From: an uncultured Methylomirabilota bacterium
Lineage (GTDB): Bacteria; Methylomirabilota; Methylomirabilia; Methylomirabilales; 2-02-FULL-66-22
Direction of reading: 5' to 3'
DNA length: 64,000 bases
Assembly: GCA_963705305.1 (NCBI GenBank)
Contig: OY970067.1
Coordinates: forward strand, 3,872,001 to 3,936,000
Shown here: positions 42,957 to 52,932 of the stretch, piece after piece
Layout: the number at the start of each line of letters is the position of its first letter
Numbering within the stretch: the stretch's first letter is position 1
Made by a program: the position numbers and the translations under genes
The notes under the pieces: model-generated
Told to the model about the DNA's origin: nothing
Databases searched by the model: none
Seen by the model: the letters and a program-made list of their open reading frames with translations, nothing else

Positions 42957-43235
42957 TTACGAGGACGCGGACGTGGTCAGCTGATTCAGCCGCCGCATCA
43001 GGCGCGACTTGTGCCGGGCGGCGGCATTTTTGTGGAGAATACGCTTGCTCACGGCGCGATCCAGGATGGGCGTGGCCTCTCCCAGCGCCTGCGCTGCCGC
43101 TTCCGCCTGCGCTCCCTCCAGGGCGGTGCGGACGCGCTTGAGACTGGAGCGCAGCTTACCCTTGGAGGCACGATTGCGCTCCGTACGCCGGGCGGTGCGT
43201 CGCAGGTCCTTGATCGACGATTTGATGATCGGCAT
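42957..43235 (-). CDS. rpsT: 30S ribosomal protein S20
   Basis: MPIIKSSIK.LR...RN...LHKNAAARHKSRL. Confidence 0.95.
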   Translation of the reverse strand: MPIIKSSIKDLRRTARRTERNRASKGKLRSSLKRVRTALEGAQAEAAAQALGEATPILDRAVSKRILHKNAAARHKSRLMRRLNQLTTSASS

Positions 43236-43384
43236 GCAGTCTGCTCCTTTCTCGAAAACTCGCGCTCCGGCCCATCTGCGGGCGGGGCGGAAACCCTCTT
43301 CTTGTAGAGGAGTGGATGGGGGATGTCAAGGAAATTCTTGGACCTTCCGGTCGAAAGCGGCCTCTCAAGCCTGACGGGAAACGT

Positions 43385-44989
43385 GTGAGCGCGCAGGGCG
43401 GCTCCGTGCGCCAGATCGCCTCGGCCGCCGGCGTCGTCAGCCTGGCGACGCTGGCCAGCCGGGTCCTCGGCTTTGTCCGCGATATGGCGCTGGCCTGGCT
43501 ATTCGGCGCGGGCATGATGGCCGACGCCTTCTTCGTGGCATTCCGGATTCCCAGCACCCTGCGGGAGCTCTTGGGTGAGGGTGCCCTCTCCGCGGCGTTC
43601 ATTCCGACCTTCACCCGGACTTCCACCCGGGAGGGGCGAGACGCCGCATGGGGGCTGGCGTCGGCCGTCATGGGAACCCTCATGGTCGTCCTGGCGGCCG
43701 TCACGACCCTGGGGATCCTCCTGGCTCCGATCATCGTCCATGTGCTGGCGCCGGGCTTTGCGGCCGATCCCGCCAAGGTCCTCCTCACGATCCGGCTCTT
43801 GCGGATCATGTTCCCCTACATTTTCCTGGTCGGGCTTGCCGCGCTGTTTATGGCCATTTTGAACTCGCTCGGCCATTTCCTCACCCCGGCCCTCTCCCCC
43901 ATCATGCTCAACCTGGCCATCATCCTGGCCGTCCTGCTGGTGGCCCCCCGGGTGAGCCATCCCATCGTCCCCGTGGCGGTGGCGGTGGTGGTGGGCGGCG
44001 CCGGGCAGCTCTTGGTGCAGCTGCCCGCGGCGCTGGCGCGGGGCTGGCGGCCTCGATTCCAGGTGGCGCCGAGGGATCCGGGGGTCCGACATATCGGCCG
44101 GCTCATGCTGCCCGGGGTGCTGGGGCTGGCGGTCACCCAGGTCAACGTCTTCGTGGGGACGCTGCTGGCCTCGTTGCTCCCCCAGGGAAGCGTGGCGGTG
44201 CTGACCTATGCCTTCCGGCTGGTCCAGTTTCCCATCGGGGTGGTGGGTGTGGCCATCGCCACGGGCGCCCTGCCGGTCATGGCCGCGGCCATGGCGCGTG
44301 ACGCCCCCGAGGAGATGCGGCGCGCCCTGCAGGACAGCCTGCGACTGGCCCTCTTCCTGGCCCTTCCCGCCATCGTGGGGCTGATTGTGTTCGGGGCCCC
44401 CATCCTGCATGTCCTGTTCGAGCGGGGCGCCTTCACGCGTCCGGTGACTCTGTTGACGGCCAAGGTCCTGACAGCATATGCCGTGGGGCTGGGATTTTAC
44501 GTGGCCAACCGGATCCTGGTTCCCGCCTTCTACGCCATGCACGATACGTGGTCTCCCGTGCTCCTGGGAATAACGGCGGTCGGGATCAACATCGGCGGCA
44601 GCCTCCTGCTCATGGGGCCGCTGGGTCCGGCCGGTCTGGCCCTGGCGACGGCGATTGCCTCGGCGGGAAATTTCACGCTGCTCCTGACGCGGCTACAGCG
44701 GCGCATCGGCTCCCTGGATCTGCGGGCGCTGGCGCATGCGGGGATCAGGGTGGCAGCGGTCTGCCTGGCCATGGCGACGTGGGGGCTCTTGACGCAGCAT
44801 TGGTGGGGGGTGATGGAGGTCCCGACCATACGCATCAAGCTCCTGCGCCTGTTTGGCGAAATGGTCGGGGCCGTCGCCGTTTTTGTGCTGGGAGCCTGGG
44901 TCGCGGGGTGCGAGGAGCTGCGCTGGGCGGTCGCCCTCCTCCGTGGACGCCGCAATCGGCGACGGCTCGCTCCGGGCAAGACGGGATGA
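43385..44989 (+). CDS. murJ: Lipid II flippase MurJ (MviN)
   Basis: SRVLGFVRD, DAFFVAFRIP..LR.L.GEGALSAAFIP, LFERGAF. Start uncertain. Confidence 0.95.
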   Translation: MSAQGGSVRQIASAAGVVSLATLASRVLGFVRDMALAWLFGAGMMADAFFVAFRIPSTLRELLGEGALSAAFIPTFTRTSTREGRDAAWGLASAVMGTLMVVLAAVTTLGILLAPIIVHVLAPGFAADPAKVLLTIRLLRIMFPYIFLVGLAALFMAILNSLGHFLTPALSPIMLNLAIILAVLLVAPRVSHPIVPVAVAVVVGGAGQLLVQLPAALARGWRPRFQVAPRDPGVRHIGRLMLPGVLGLAVTQVNVFVGTLLASLLPQGSVAVLTYAFRLVQFPIGVVGVAIATGALPVMAAAMARDAPEEMRRALQDSLRLALFLALPAIVGLIVFGAPILHVLFERGAFTRPVTLLTAKVLTAYAVGLGFYVANRILVPAFYAMHDTWSPVLLGITAVGINIGGSLLLMGPLGPAGLALATAIASAGNFTLLLTRLQRRIGSLDLRALAHAGIRVAAVCLAMATWGLLTQHWWGVMEVPTIRIKLLRLFGEMVGAVAVFVLGAWVAGCEELRWAVALLRGRRNRRRLAPGKTG

Positions 44990-45236
44990 AAACCGGCGCG
45001 CTCCTGTATTGCGTGATGGGAGGCGTCGGCGAGGAGCGGGAAGAGGATTCGGCCGTTAACCCTTTGCGAGTAAAGCCTGAACCCTCATTTTGCGGTTGAC
45101 GCTCTAGGCCTTAAATGTTACAAAATCAAGCTCACGACCCGACCCCTAGGTCCGCGAGTGGACGGCCGGGCGGGCGCCGGACAGCAACAGGGGCCTCCGG
45201 GAGGGACCCTCCCGCAGGCGTGAGGGGGGATTGGTT

Positions 45237-46970
45237 ATGCGACTGACGGGCTCCGAGATTTTTTTGAAGTGTCTCCAGGCGGAAGGTGTGCAGACCATCT
45301 TCGGCCATCCCGGCGGTGTCCTGCTGCACGCCTACGACGTCCTGAGCGAATATCCCCTACGACACATCCTCTGCCGCCACGAGCAGGTGGCTATCCACGC
45401 CGTCGAGGGATTCTACAAGGCCAGCGGCCAGACAGGAACGGCCTTGGTGACCTCCGGACCTGGGGCCACCAACACCATCACCGGGCTCACCGACGCCCTC
45501 ATGGACTCCATGGCCATCGTGGTGTTCACGGGCCAGGTGCCCACCGCGGTCATGGGCTGTGATGCCTTCCAAGAGGCGGACGTGGTGGGGACCACCCGCA
45601 CGTGCACCAAGCACAACTTCCTGGCCGCCAGGACGGAAGAGCTGCCCCGCGTCATCAAGGAGGCGTACTACATTGCCCGCAGTGGTCGGCCGGGCCCCGT
45701 CCTGGTGGATCTGCCCAAGGACATCATCATGGGCAGGGCGGAGTTCAAGGAATACCCGCGGGAGGTCGCCATCCGCGGCTACAACCCGTCGGTGAACGGG
45801 CACATGGGGCAGATCAAGAAGGCGGTCGAGCTCATCGCGGCGGCCAAACGGCCGGTGATCTATGGCGGCGGCGGGATCATCCACGCCGACGCCTCGGTCG
45901 AGTTCACCGCGCTGGTGAACCTCACCCGGATCCCGACCACGCTCACCCTGATGGGCCTGGGGGCCCTGGATACCTCGCATCCCCTCTGGTTGGGGATGCT
46001 GGGGATGCACGGGACCTACACCGCCAACATGGCCATGGCCCACGCCGATCTCATGATCGCCATCGGCGCCCGCTTCGACGATCGGGTCACCGGCAAGCTG
46101 TCGGAGTTCGCCAAGAACTGCCAGATCATTCACATCGACATCGACCCCACCTCCATCCGGAAGAACGTGCATGTGGACGTGCCCATCGTGGGGGACGTGA
46201 GGCGGGTGCTGACCCAGTTGAACGCCGCCGTGCAAAATGTGGAGCGCGATTGGGCGAAGGATCTGGCAGAGTGGTGCGGCCAGATCGCCGAGTGGCAGCA
46301 GGAGCATCCCCTGACCTATCAGCAGACGCCGGACGGGAAGATCAAGCCGCAATTTGCTATCGAGGAGATTTACAAGGCGACCGAAGGGCTGGATCCCATC
46401 GTCACCACGGGGGTCGGCCAGCACCAGATGTGGGCGGCCCAGTACTACCGGAGCCACGGCCCGCGGCGCTGGATCACATCGGGGGGGCTGGGGACCATGG
46501 GGTTCGGCTTTCCCGCGGCCATGGGGGCGCAAGCGGCGTTCCCCAACCGGCTGGTAATCGACATCGACGGGGACGGCAGCTTCCAGATGACGATGCAGGA
46601 TCTGATCACCTGCGTCCAGTACGACCTGCCGGTGAAGGTCTTTCTGATCAACAACCAGTACCTGGGAATGGTCCGCCAGTGGCAGCACCTCTTCTACGGG
46701 AAGAATTACTCGCAGGTGGACCTGGCGGTCCAGCCCGACTTTGTGAAGCTGGCTGAAGCGTGCGGGGCCGTGGGGCTTCGGACGCAGCGCCCGTCGGACG
46801 TTCGGCCCATGATCGAAAAGGCCATCAGCACCCCGGGGCCCGTGGTGGTGGATGTCCAGTGTGAGCGGGAAGAGAACTGCTTCCCCATCATCCCAGCGGG
46901 CGGGGCCATCAGGGACATCATCGAGGCGGGCCAGCCGGTTCCCGAGAAATTCTTCCAGGGCTGGCGCTGA
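45237..46970 (+). CDS. ilvB: Acetolactate synthase large subunit (biosynthetic)
   Basis: RHEQ, TSGPGATN, GMLGMHG, VGQHQMW, GGLGTMGFG, GDGSFQM...NN..LGMVRQWQ. Confidence 0.97.
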   Translation: MRLTGSEIFLKCLQAEGVQTIFGHPGGVLLHAYDVLSEYPLRHILCRHEQVAIHAVEGFYKASGQTGTALVTSGPGATNTITGLTDALMDSMAIVVFTGQVPTAVMGCDAFQEADVVGTTRTCTKHNFLAARTEELPRVIKEAYYIARSGRPGPVLVDLPKDIIMGRAEFKEYPREVAIRGYNPSVNGHMGQIKKAVELIAAAKRPVIYGGGGIIHADASVEFTALVNLTRIPTTLTLMGLGALDTSHPLWLGMLGMHGTYTANMAMAHADLMIAIGARFDDRVTGKLSEFAKNCQIIHIDIDPTSIRKNVHVDVPIVGDVRRVLTQLNAAVQNVERDWAKDLAEWCGQIAEWQQEHPLTYQQTPDGKIKPQFAIEEIYKATEGLDPIVTTGVGQHQMWAAQYYRSHGPRRWITSGGLGTMGFGFPAAMGAQAAFPNRLVIDIDGDGSFQMTMQDLITCVQYDLPVKVFLINNQYLGMVRQWQHLFYGKNYSQVDLAVQPDFVKLAEACGAVGLRTQRPSDVRPMIEKAISTPGPVVVDVQCEREENCFPIIPAGGAIRDIIEAGQPVPEKFFQGWR

Positions 46971-46981
46971 GGGAGGGGGGC

Positions 46982-47545
46982 ATGACCGACTCAAAGCACT
47001 ACCGAAAGCACACCCTCTCCATTTTGGTGGAGAACCGCCAGGGGGTCCTGGCCAAGATTGCCTCCATGATCGCTGCCAAAGGCTACAATATCGACAGCCT
47101 GTCCGTGGCGGAGACGCTGGATCCATCGGTGTCGAGGATGACGATCTCTCTCCACGGCGATGAGTGGGTGATCGAGCAGGCGGTGAAGCAGTTCCACCGG
47201 CTGATCGATGTGATCAAGGTGGTGGACTTGACCGACGAGGAGCACGTCAGCCGCGAGATGGTGTTCATCCGGGTCAGTGCCGAGCCGCAGAATCGGGCGG
47301 AGATCCTGCGCATTTCCGAGATCTTCCGCGGTCGGATCGTGGATGTCACCCCCTCCACCTATACGCTGGAGATCACCGGGGAGACCCGCAAGGTGGGTGC
47401 CGTTCTCGAGCTCCTGCAGCCGTTCGGGGTCCAGGAGATCGTCCGCAGCGGCACCCTGGCCATCGCGCGGGGAAGCAAGACCCTGTCCCGGCGGGAAGAG
47501 GGACGGCTGCGGGTGGCCAGTCGCACGCAGGCACTTACAGAATGA
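46982..47545 (+). CDS. ilvN: Acetolactate synthase small subunit
   Basis: LSILVEN..GVL..I...[23 protein letters not shown]. Confidence 0.96.
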   Translation: MTDSKHYRKHTLSILVENRQGVLAKIASMIAAKGYNIDSLSVAETLDPSVSRMTISLHGDEWVIEQAVKQFHRLIDVIKVVDLTDEEHVSREMVFIRVSAEPQNRAEILRISEIFRGRIVDVTPSTYTLEITGETRKVGAVLELLQPFGVQEIVRSGTLAIARGSKTLSRREEGRLRVASRTQALTE

Positions 47546-47558
47546 AACGAGGAGATCC

Positions 47559-48557
47559 ATGGCCAAACTCTACTACGACAAAGACGCAGATCTGGGATTG
47601 CTCAAGGGAAAGACGATTGGGATCATCGGCTACGGCAGCCAGGGCCACGCCCATGCCCTGAACCATCGGGACAGCGGGCTGGAGGTCATGGTGGGACTGT
47701 ACAAGGGCAGCAAGTCCTGGGAGAAGGCCAAGAGCGAGGGCCTACGGGTGGGGACCGTGGCCGAGACCGCCGAGGCGTCCCACCTCATCATGGTCCTGCT
47801 CCCCGACCAGACGCACAAGCAGGTCTACGAAGAATCCATCGCTAAGGCGCTGCGGCCGGGGAAGACGCTGATGTTCGCCCACGGGTTCAACATCCACTTC
47901 AACCAGATCGTTCCCCCCCCGGACGTGGATGTTTCGATGATCGCCCCCAAGGCCCCGGGCCACATGATGCGACAGGTCTACACGGAAGGATCGGGTGTGC
48001 CCGCCCTCCTGGCGGTGCATCAGAATCCTTCGGGGAGGGCCAAGGAGATGGCTCTGGCCTATGCCAAGGGGGTGGGGGCCACGCGAGCGGGAGTGCTGGA
48101 GACGACGTTCAAGGAGGAGACGGAGACCGACCTGTTCGGTGAGCAGACGGTTCTCTGCGGCGGTGTGTCGGCCCTGGTCCAGGCGGGATTCGAGACACTG
48201 GTGGAGGCGGGCTACCAGCCGGAGTCGGCCTACTTCGAGTGCCTGCACGAGCTGAAGCTCATCGTCGACCTGATGTACCAGGGCGGGCTGGCCTACATGC
48301 GCTACTCGGTCAGCGACACCGCCGAGTACGGCGACTACTCGCGCGGGCCGCGGGTGATCGGCGAAGCCGTGAAGGCGGAGATGCGCAGGATCCTGGCGGA
48401 GATCCAGGACGGACGCTTCGCCCGGGAATGGATTTTGGAGAACCATGCCGGTCGGCCGAGCTTCTATGCCATGCGCCAAAAGAACGCGGTGCACCCCGTG
48501 GAGATCGTGGGGAAGGAGCTCCGCGGCATGATGAGCTGGCTGAAGGCCCGCCAGTAA
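47559..48557 (+). CDS. ilvC: Ketol-acid reductoisomerase
   Basis: [35 protein letters not shown]. Confidence 0.98.
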   Translation: MAKLYYDKDADLGLLKGKTIGIIGYGSQGHAHALNHRDSGLEVMVGLYKGSKSWEKAKSEGLRVGTVAETAEASHLIMVLLPDQTHKQVYEESIAKALRPGKTLMFAHGFNIHFNQIVPPPDVDVSMIAPKAPGHMMRQVYTEGSGVPALLAVHQNPSGRAKEMALAYAKGVGATRAGVLETTFKEETETDLFGEQTVLCGGVSALVQAGFETLVEAGYQPESAYFECLHELKLIVDLMYQGGLAYMRYSVSDTAEYGDYSRGPRVIGEAVKAEMRRILAEIQDGRFAREWILENHAGRPSFYAMRQKNAVHPVEIVGKELRGMMSWLKARQ

Positions 48558-48573
48558 GAGGACCGACCGCACC

Positions 48574-48972
48574 GTGCAACGCGCAGCAACGGCCAAGCGG
48601 GATCGCGAGCCATGGAATCAGGGGCCCCCGGGGAAGATTCATCTCGGGGCCCTGCTGCTGATCTTGATCCTGGCTGGGGCGGTCTTCCTGGGGATCAAGT
48701 TCGTCCCTCCCTACTGGACCTATTTCAGCATGCAGGACATCGTGGGGGACGCGGCCATGAGCGCCGCTCAGCCGGGGCGGGAGACCCGCGCAGGCGCCGA
48801 CCTGATGCAGGCCGCCCAAGCGCTGGGGCTGATGATCACCGAGGACGATATCGACATCTCGAAGGACGAGTCCGGGGTGGTCGTCCGGGTCGAGTGGGAC
48901 GCTTTGGTCGATCTCCTGGGGTATGATTACACCCTCCACTTCCGGATCGAGAAACGTGCCTCCACTCCCTGA
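48574..48972 (+). CDS. Small membrane-anchored protein (DUF4845-like, pilin-like N-terminus)
   Basis: G-hydrophobic helix then K.VPPY..Y. Start uncertain. Confidence 0.5.
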   Translation: MQRAATAKRDREPWNQGPPGKIHLGALLLILILAGAVFLGIKFVPPYWTYFSMQDIVGDAAMSAAQPGRETRAGADLMQAAQALGLMITEDDIDISKDESGVVVRVEWDALVDLLGYDYTLHFRIEKRASTP

Positions 48973-48979
48973 CCCCGGC

Positions 48980-49996
48980 GTGGAACGACAGCCGGCCCCG
49001 CCGCGCACCCCCCTGGCGATCATCGCTGGCCCGACGGGCGCGGGGAAATCCGCCCTGGCGCTCCGCCTGGCCGACCGCCTGCCGGCGGAGATCATTGCAG
49101 CCGATTCCATGCAGGTGCGTCGTGGATTCGACGTGGGCACGGGGAAGCCGTCCCTGCTCGAGCGCCGGGCCGTTCCGCATCACCTGGTGGACGTGTGCGG
49201 TCCCGCCGACGAGTTTTCCGCCGGGGAGTTTGCTGCGCGCGCCCATGCGGCGGCGGCGGCGATTCGAAGTCGCGAGCGGGTGCCGATCCTGGTGGGGGGA
49301 ACCGGACTGTACCTGCGAGCCTTCCTGAAGGGCCGGCTGGGCGGGACGGGGGCGGACCCCGCCATTCGATCCCGGCTGCGGCGTCAGGCCGAGACGGAGG
49401 GGTGCCGGGCGCTGCATGACCGGCTTGGTCGCCTGGACCCGGCGACGGCCGACCGGATTCATCCCGGCGACCTGCTTCGGACCGTCCGGGCGCTGGAGCT
49501 GTGGGAGCGCACCGGGCAGCCGCCCTCGACCATGCGGCCGGATCTCTGGGAGCCGCCGCGGATCCCCGTCTCGCTGTTTCTGGTGCTGGATCGCGAGCGG
49601 ACAGAGCTCTACCGCCTCATCGACCAGCGCGCCCGCCGGATGTGGGAGGGGGGGCTCCTGGAGGAGGTCGGCGCGCTCCTGGCCGCCGGCTATCCCCGCT
49701 CGCTGCGGGCTCTCCAGGCCCTGGGGTACCGGCAGGCCCTGGCGCACCTGGAGGGACGGCTGACCTCGGAGGAGGCTCTCCACTGCATGCAGCGGGCGAC
49801 GCGCAATTACGCCAAGCGGCAGCTGACCTGGTTTCGCCGGGAGACGGCGGCCGAGTGGCGCCTGGTGCGAGGATGGGATTGGGTGGAGCCGCTGGCCGAG
49901 GAGCTCGCCGGTCGTCTCTCGCCGTCGCCGGCCGGCCGCCTCGACCCCCTGGCGGCCTCAATGGCGGTCCACACCGAGGGGGATCCCCGAACGTGA
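48980..49996 (+). CDS. miaA: tRNA dimethylallyltransferase
   Basis: GPTGAGKS, DSMQV, GTGKP, GGTGLY, NYAKRQLTWFR. Confidence 0.96.
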   Translation: MERQPAPPRTPLAIIAGPTGAGKSALALRLADRLPAEIIAADSMQVRRGFDVGTGKPSLLERRAVPHHLVDVCGPADEFSAGEFAARAHAAAAAIRSRERVPILVGGTGLYLRAFLKGRLGGTGADPAIRSRLRRQAETEGCRALHDRLGRLDPATADRIHPGDLLRTVRALELWERTGQPPSTMRPDLWEPPRIPVSLFLVLDRERTELYRLIDQRARRMWEGGLLEEVGALLAAGYPRSLRALQALGYRQALAHLEGRLTSEEALHCMQRATRNYAKRQLTWFRRETAAEWRLVRGWDWVEPLAEELAGRLSPSPAGRLDPLAASMAVHTEGDPRT

Positions 49997-51411
49997 CTCC
50001 GACGGTCCCGGCGGCGCGGGCTGTGCGCGCATGGCGCCTCCATCCACCCGACGGACTGACGGGCCGAGTGCGCGTCCCGGGGGACAAGTCCATCTCCCAT
50101 CGGAGCCTGTTGCTGGGAGCCCTGGCGCAAGGAATTACCGAAGTTCGAGGCTTCTTGCGCAGCCAGGACTGTCTGGCCACCCTGGATGCGCTCCGCCTCC
50201 TGGGCGTGGAGATCGCCGAGGAGTCCGACGAGAGTCTGCGTGTCGTCGGAAACGGGCCGGAAGGCCTCCGGGAGGCGGGGAATGTCCTGGATGCCGGCAA
50301 CTCGGGGACCAGCCTCCGGCTGTTGGCCGGAGTCCTGGCGGGTCGGCCGTTCTGCAGCGTGCTGACGGGGGATGCCTCGCTACGCAGGCGCCCCATGCGA
50401 CGCATCGTGGAACCTCTGACCGCCATGGGGGCCACCATCCTGGGGCGGGACGGGGGCAACTACCCGCCGCTGGCCATCCGCGGCGGGGCGCTGTCCGGCA
50501 TCGCCTGGGACTCGCCGGTCGCCAGCGCCCAGGTGAAGTCGGCGGTGCTGCTGGCGGGCCTCCAGGCGCGCGGAGAGACGCGATTCAGCGAGCCCTACAT
50601 CTCGCGCGACCACACGGAGCGGATGCTGGCCGCATTCGGGTATTCTCCCCATCGGCGGGGCAGCACCGTCTGGCTGTCGGGGCCGGCAGCGCTCAGGGCG
50701 GCGTCGCTCACGGTCCCCGGCGATCTTTCCTCGGCGGCGTTTTTCCTGGTGGCGGCCGCGGCATGGCCGGGCAGCCAGCTCACGCTTCCCGGGGTCGGGG
50801 TGAATCCAACCCGGACCGGGATCCTGGAGGCCCTGCGCCGCATGGGCGCGACGGTGCGCCAGACGGAGCCTCGGCTGGAAGCGGGAGAGCCGGTGGCAGA
50901 CCTGACCGTCTTGGGGGCGCGGTTGCATGGCATCGAGATCGATGAGGCCATGATCCCCCGACTGATCGACGAGATCCCCATCCTGGCGGTGGCGGCCGCG
51001 CTGGCCGAGGGGGAGACCGTCATCCGGGGTGCCGGAGAGCTTCGAGTCAAGGAAGTGGACCGGCTGGCGGCGCTGGTGGGTGAGCTTACCGCGCTGGGGG
51101 TCGCCATCCGTCCGGCGGGAGACGGCCTCTGCATTGCCGGAGGGCGACGGTTGCGCGGCGCCGTCGTCTCCAGCCGCGGCGATCACCGGATGGCGATGAG
51201 TTTGGCCATCGCCGGGCTTTTTGCGGACGGAGAGACCAGCGTGTGCGACGTTGACTGCGTGGACACGTCGTTCCCGAGGTTTGCCGCGCGGTTGGCCGAC
51301 GTGGCGTCGGGCTGCGGCCTCTGCGAGGTCACCGGCACGGAGGCGGAGGGCGCTCCCTCGCCCGGGCGATGGACGGAGGCTGACGAGACGCCGCAGGGGG
51401 GGCGGCCATGA
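49993..51411 (+). CDS. aroA: EPSP synthase
   Basis: [43 protein letters not shown]. Confidence 0.97.
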   Translation: MTPTVPAARAVRAWRLHPPDGLTGRVRVPGDKSISHRSLLLGALAQGITEVRGFLRSQDCLATLDALRLLGVEIAEESDESLRVVGNGPEGLREAGNVLDAGNSGTSLRLLAGVLAGRPFCSVLTGDASLRRRPMRRIVEPLTAMGATILGRDGGNYPPLAIRGGALSGIAWDSPVASAQVKSAVLLAGLQARGETRFSEPYISRDHTERMLAAFGYSPHRRGSTVWLSGPAALRAASLTVPGDLSSAAFFLVAAAAWPGSQLTLPGVGVNPTRTGILEALRRMGATVRQTEPRLEAGEPVADLTVLGARLHGIEIDEAMIPRLIDEIPILAVAAALAEGETVIRGAGELRVKEVDRLAALVGELTALGVAIRPAGDGLCIAGGRRLRGAVVSSRGDHRMAMSLAIAGLFADGETSVCDVDCVDTSFPRFAARLADVASGCGLCEVTGTEAEGAPSPGRWTEADETPQGGRP

Positions 51412-52104
51412 GCCGGTCGCGCGATCGACTCGTCATCGCCATCGACGGCCCGGTCGGCGCCGGCAAAAGCACGGCCGCCCGCCGTCTGGCCAAGGCCCTG
51501 GGCTGCCTCTATATCGACAGCGGGGCGATGTACCGGGCAGTCGGCTGGAAGGCGCTTCGGGCCGGTATCGAACTGCATGACGACGCGGCGCTGAATCGAC
51601 TGGTGGCTACAACGGATGTGCAGGTGGTCCAGGGGGACCCGGGACCGCGCGTGCTGGTGGATGGGATCGAACGTCTCGGGTGAGCTGCGAACGCCCGTCA
51701 TGGACGAGGCCGCGTCGGTGGTCTCCACGTGCGCGGGGGTGCGGGAGCGGCTGGTGGCACTACAGCGGGGCATGGCCGAGGCAGGTGGTGTGGTGATGGA
51801 CGGACGAGACATCGGCACGGTCGTCTTTCCGAATGCCGACCTCAAATTCTTCCTGGATGCCGACGTGACGGTGCGGGCCGAGCGCCGCCGGCAGGATCTG
51901 GTGCGGGCCGGAAAACCGGCTGAGCTTGCGGCGGTCCGGGACGAGGTGGTTCGCCGGGACGCGCGCGATCGCGGGCGCGCAGTATCCCCGCTGCAGCCGG
52001 CCCCCGAGGCGGTCCGGATCGACACGACAGCGCTGGACGCGGACGCGGTGCAGCAGGCGCTCTTGTCCGCAGTGGCGAGATTTCTGGGGCGGGATAACTC
52101 GTGA
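51408..52104 (+). CDS. cmk: Cytidylate kinase with a +1 frameshift at 51669-51675
   Basis: IAIDGP.GAGKST, DSGAMYR, then [18 protein letters not shown] in the second frame. Confidence 0.93.
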
Positions 52105-52203
52105 ATTTTTGAGGAGATACGGAATTTTTCTCTTGCCATCTTCCGCTCGCTCCGTGTATGATGCAGCCTCCTTGCTGGCCCCAGGCACAGGGGGGGGCGG
52201 GGG

Positions 52204-52833
52204 ATGATGTACACCCTGGGTTACCATCTGTGCCGGTGGATCGCCCGGACGTTTTTCGACCTCCGGGTGGAGGGCAGCGAGTGCGTGCCCTCGTCGGGAG
52301 CGGTCATCCTCGCACCCAACCACGTCAGCTACGTGGATCCGATTGTGGTCGGGGTGTCTGTGTCGCGACGCGTCCACTTCATGGCCAAAAAGGAGCTGTT
52401 CCGGAACCCTCTCGCAGCGTGGGTTCTCCGCGGTGTGCAAGCCTACCCGGTCGTTCGGGAGCGCGTGGAGCCGTCCACGCTGAAGCACACGCTCTCGCTG
52501 CTGTCGGCCGGACAGGTTGTCCTGATCTTCCCGGAGGGCACGCGAGGAGACGGGCGGACGCTGGGACCCTCGAAGGTCGGGATCGCCGTCGTGGCGGCGC
52601 GCTCTGGAGCCCCGGTCGTCCCGGTCTTCCATTGGGGGACCGAGACAGTTCTCCCGCGGGAGGGAGGCGGCATCCGCCGGGCGCCGCTTCGCGTCCGGAT
52701 GGGGCCGCCGATCACATTTCCGGGGGGCGACGTCGGCAACCGGGACGCCCTGGAGGCGTTTGGGCGGAAGCTCATGGAAAGGGTGTCCGCCCTGCGTCCT
52801 GCCGGGGAGGGGTTGACAGAAGAGTCCAACTAG
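52204..52833 (+). CDS. plsC: 1-acyl-sn-glycerol-3-phosphate acyltransferase
   Basis: NHVSYVD, FMAKKELF, FPEGTR. Confidence 0.9.
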   Translation: MMYTLGYHLCRWIARTFFDLRVEGSECVPSSGAVILAPNHVSYVDPIVVGVSVSRRVHFMAKKELFRNPLAAWVLRGVQAYPVVRERVEPSTLKHTLSLLSAGQVVLIFPEGTRGDGRTLGPSKVGIAVVAARSGAPVVPVFHWGTETVLPREGGGIRRAPLRVRMGPPITFPGGDVGNRDALEAFGRKLMERVSALRPAGEGLTEESN

Positions 52834-52932
52834 GCGGCGTGGCCGCCTTATCGTCATCCGCCGACGCACCACGAGCTGGGGTGCGTGTTGCGGAGCCAAT
52901 TCATGGCCGCGAGCAGGAGGGAGTCAGGTCGC

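Noticed and set aside
45120..45236. T-box or leader-peptide attenuator before ilvB
   Set aside because: No T-box consensus, no Ile/Leu/Val-rich leader peptide and no U-tract terminator visible.
49501..49992. 164-aa N-terminal extension on AroA
   Set aside because: It overlaps miaA in another frame. The GTG at 49993 coupled to the miaA stop is the plausible start.
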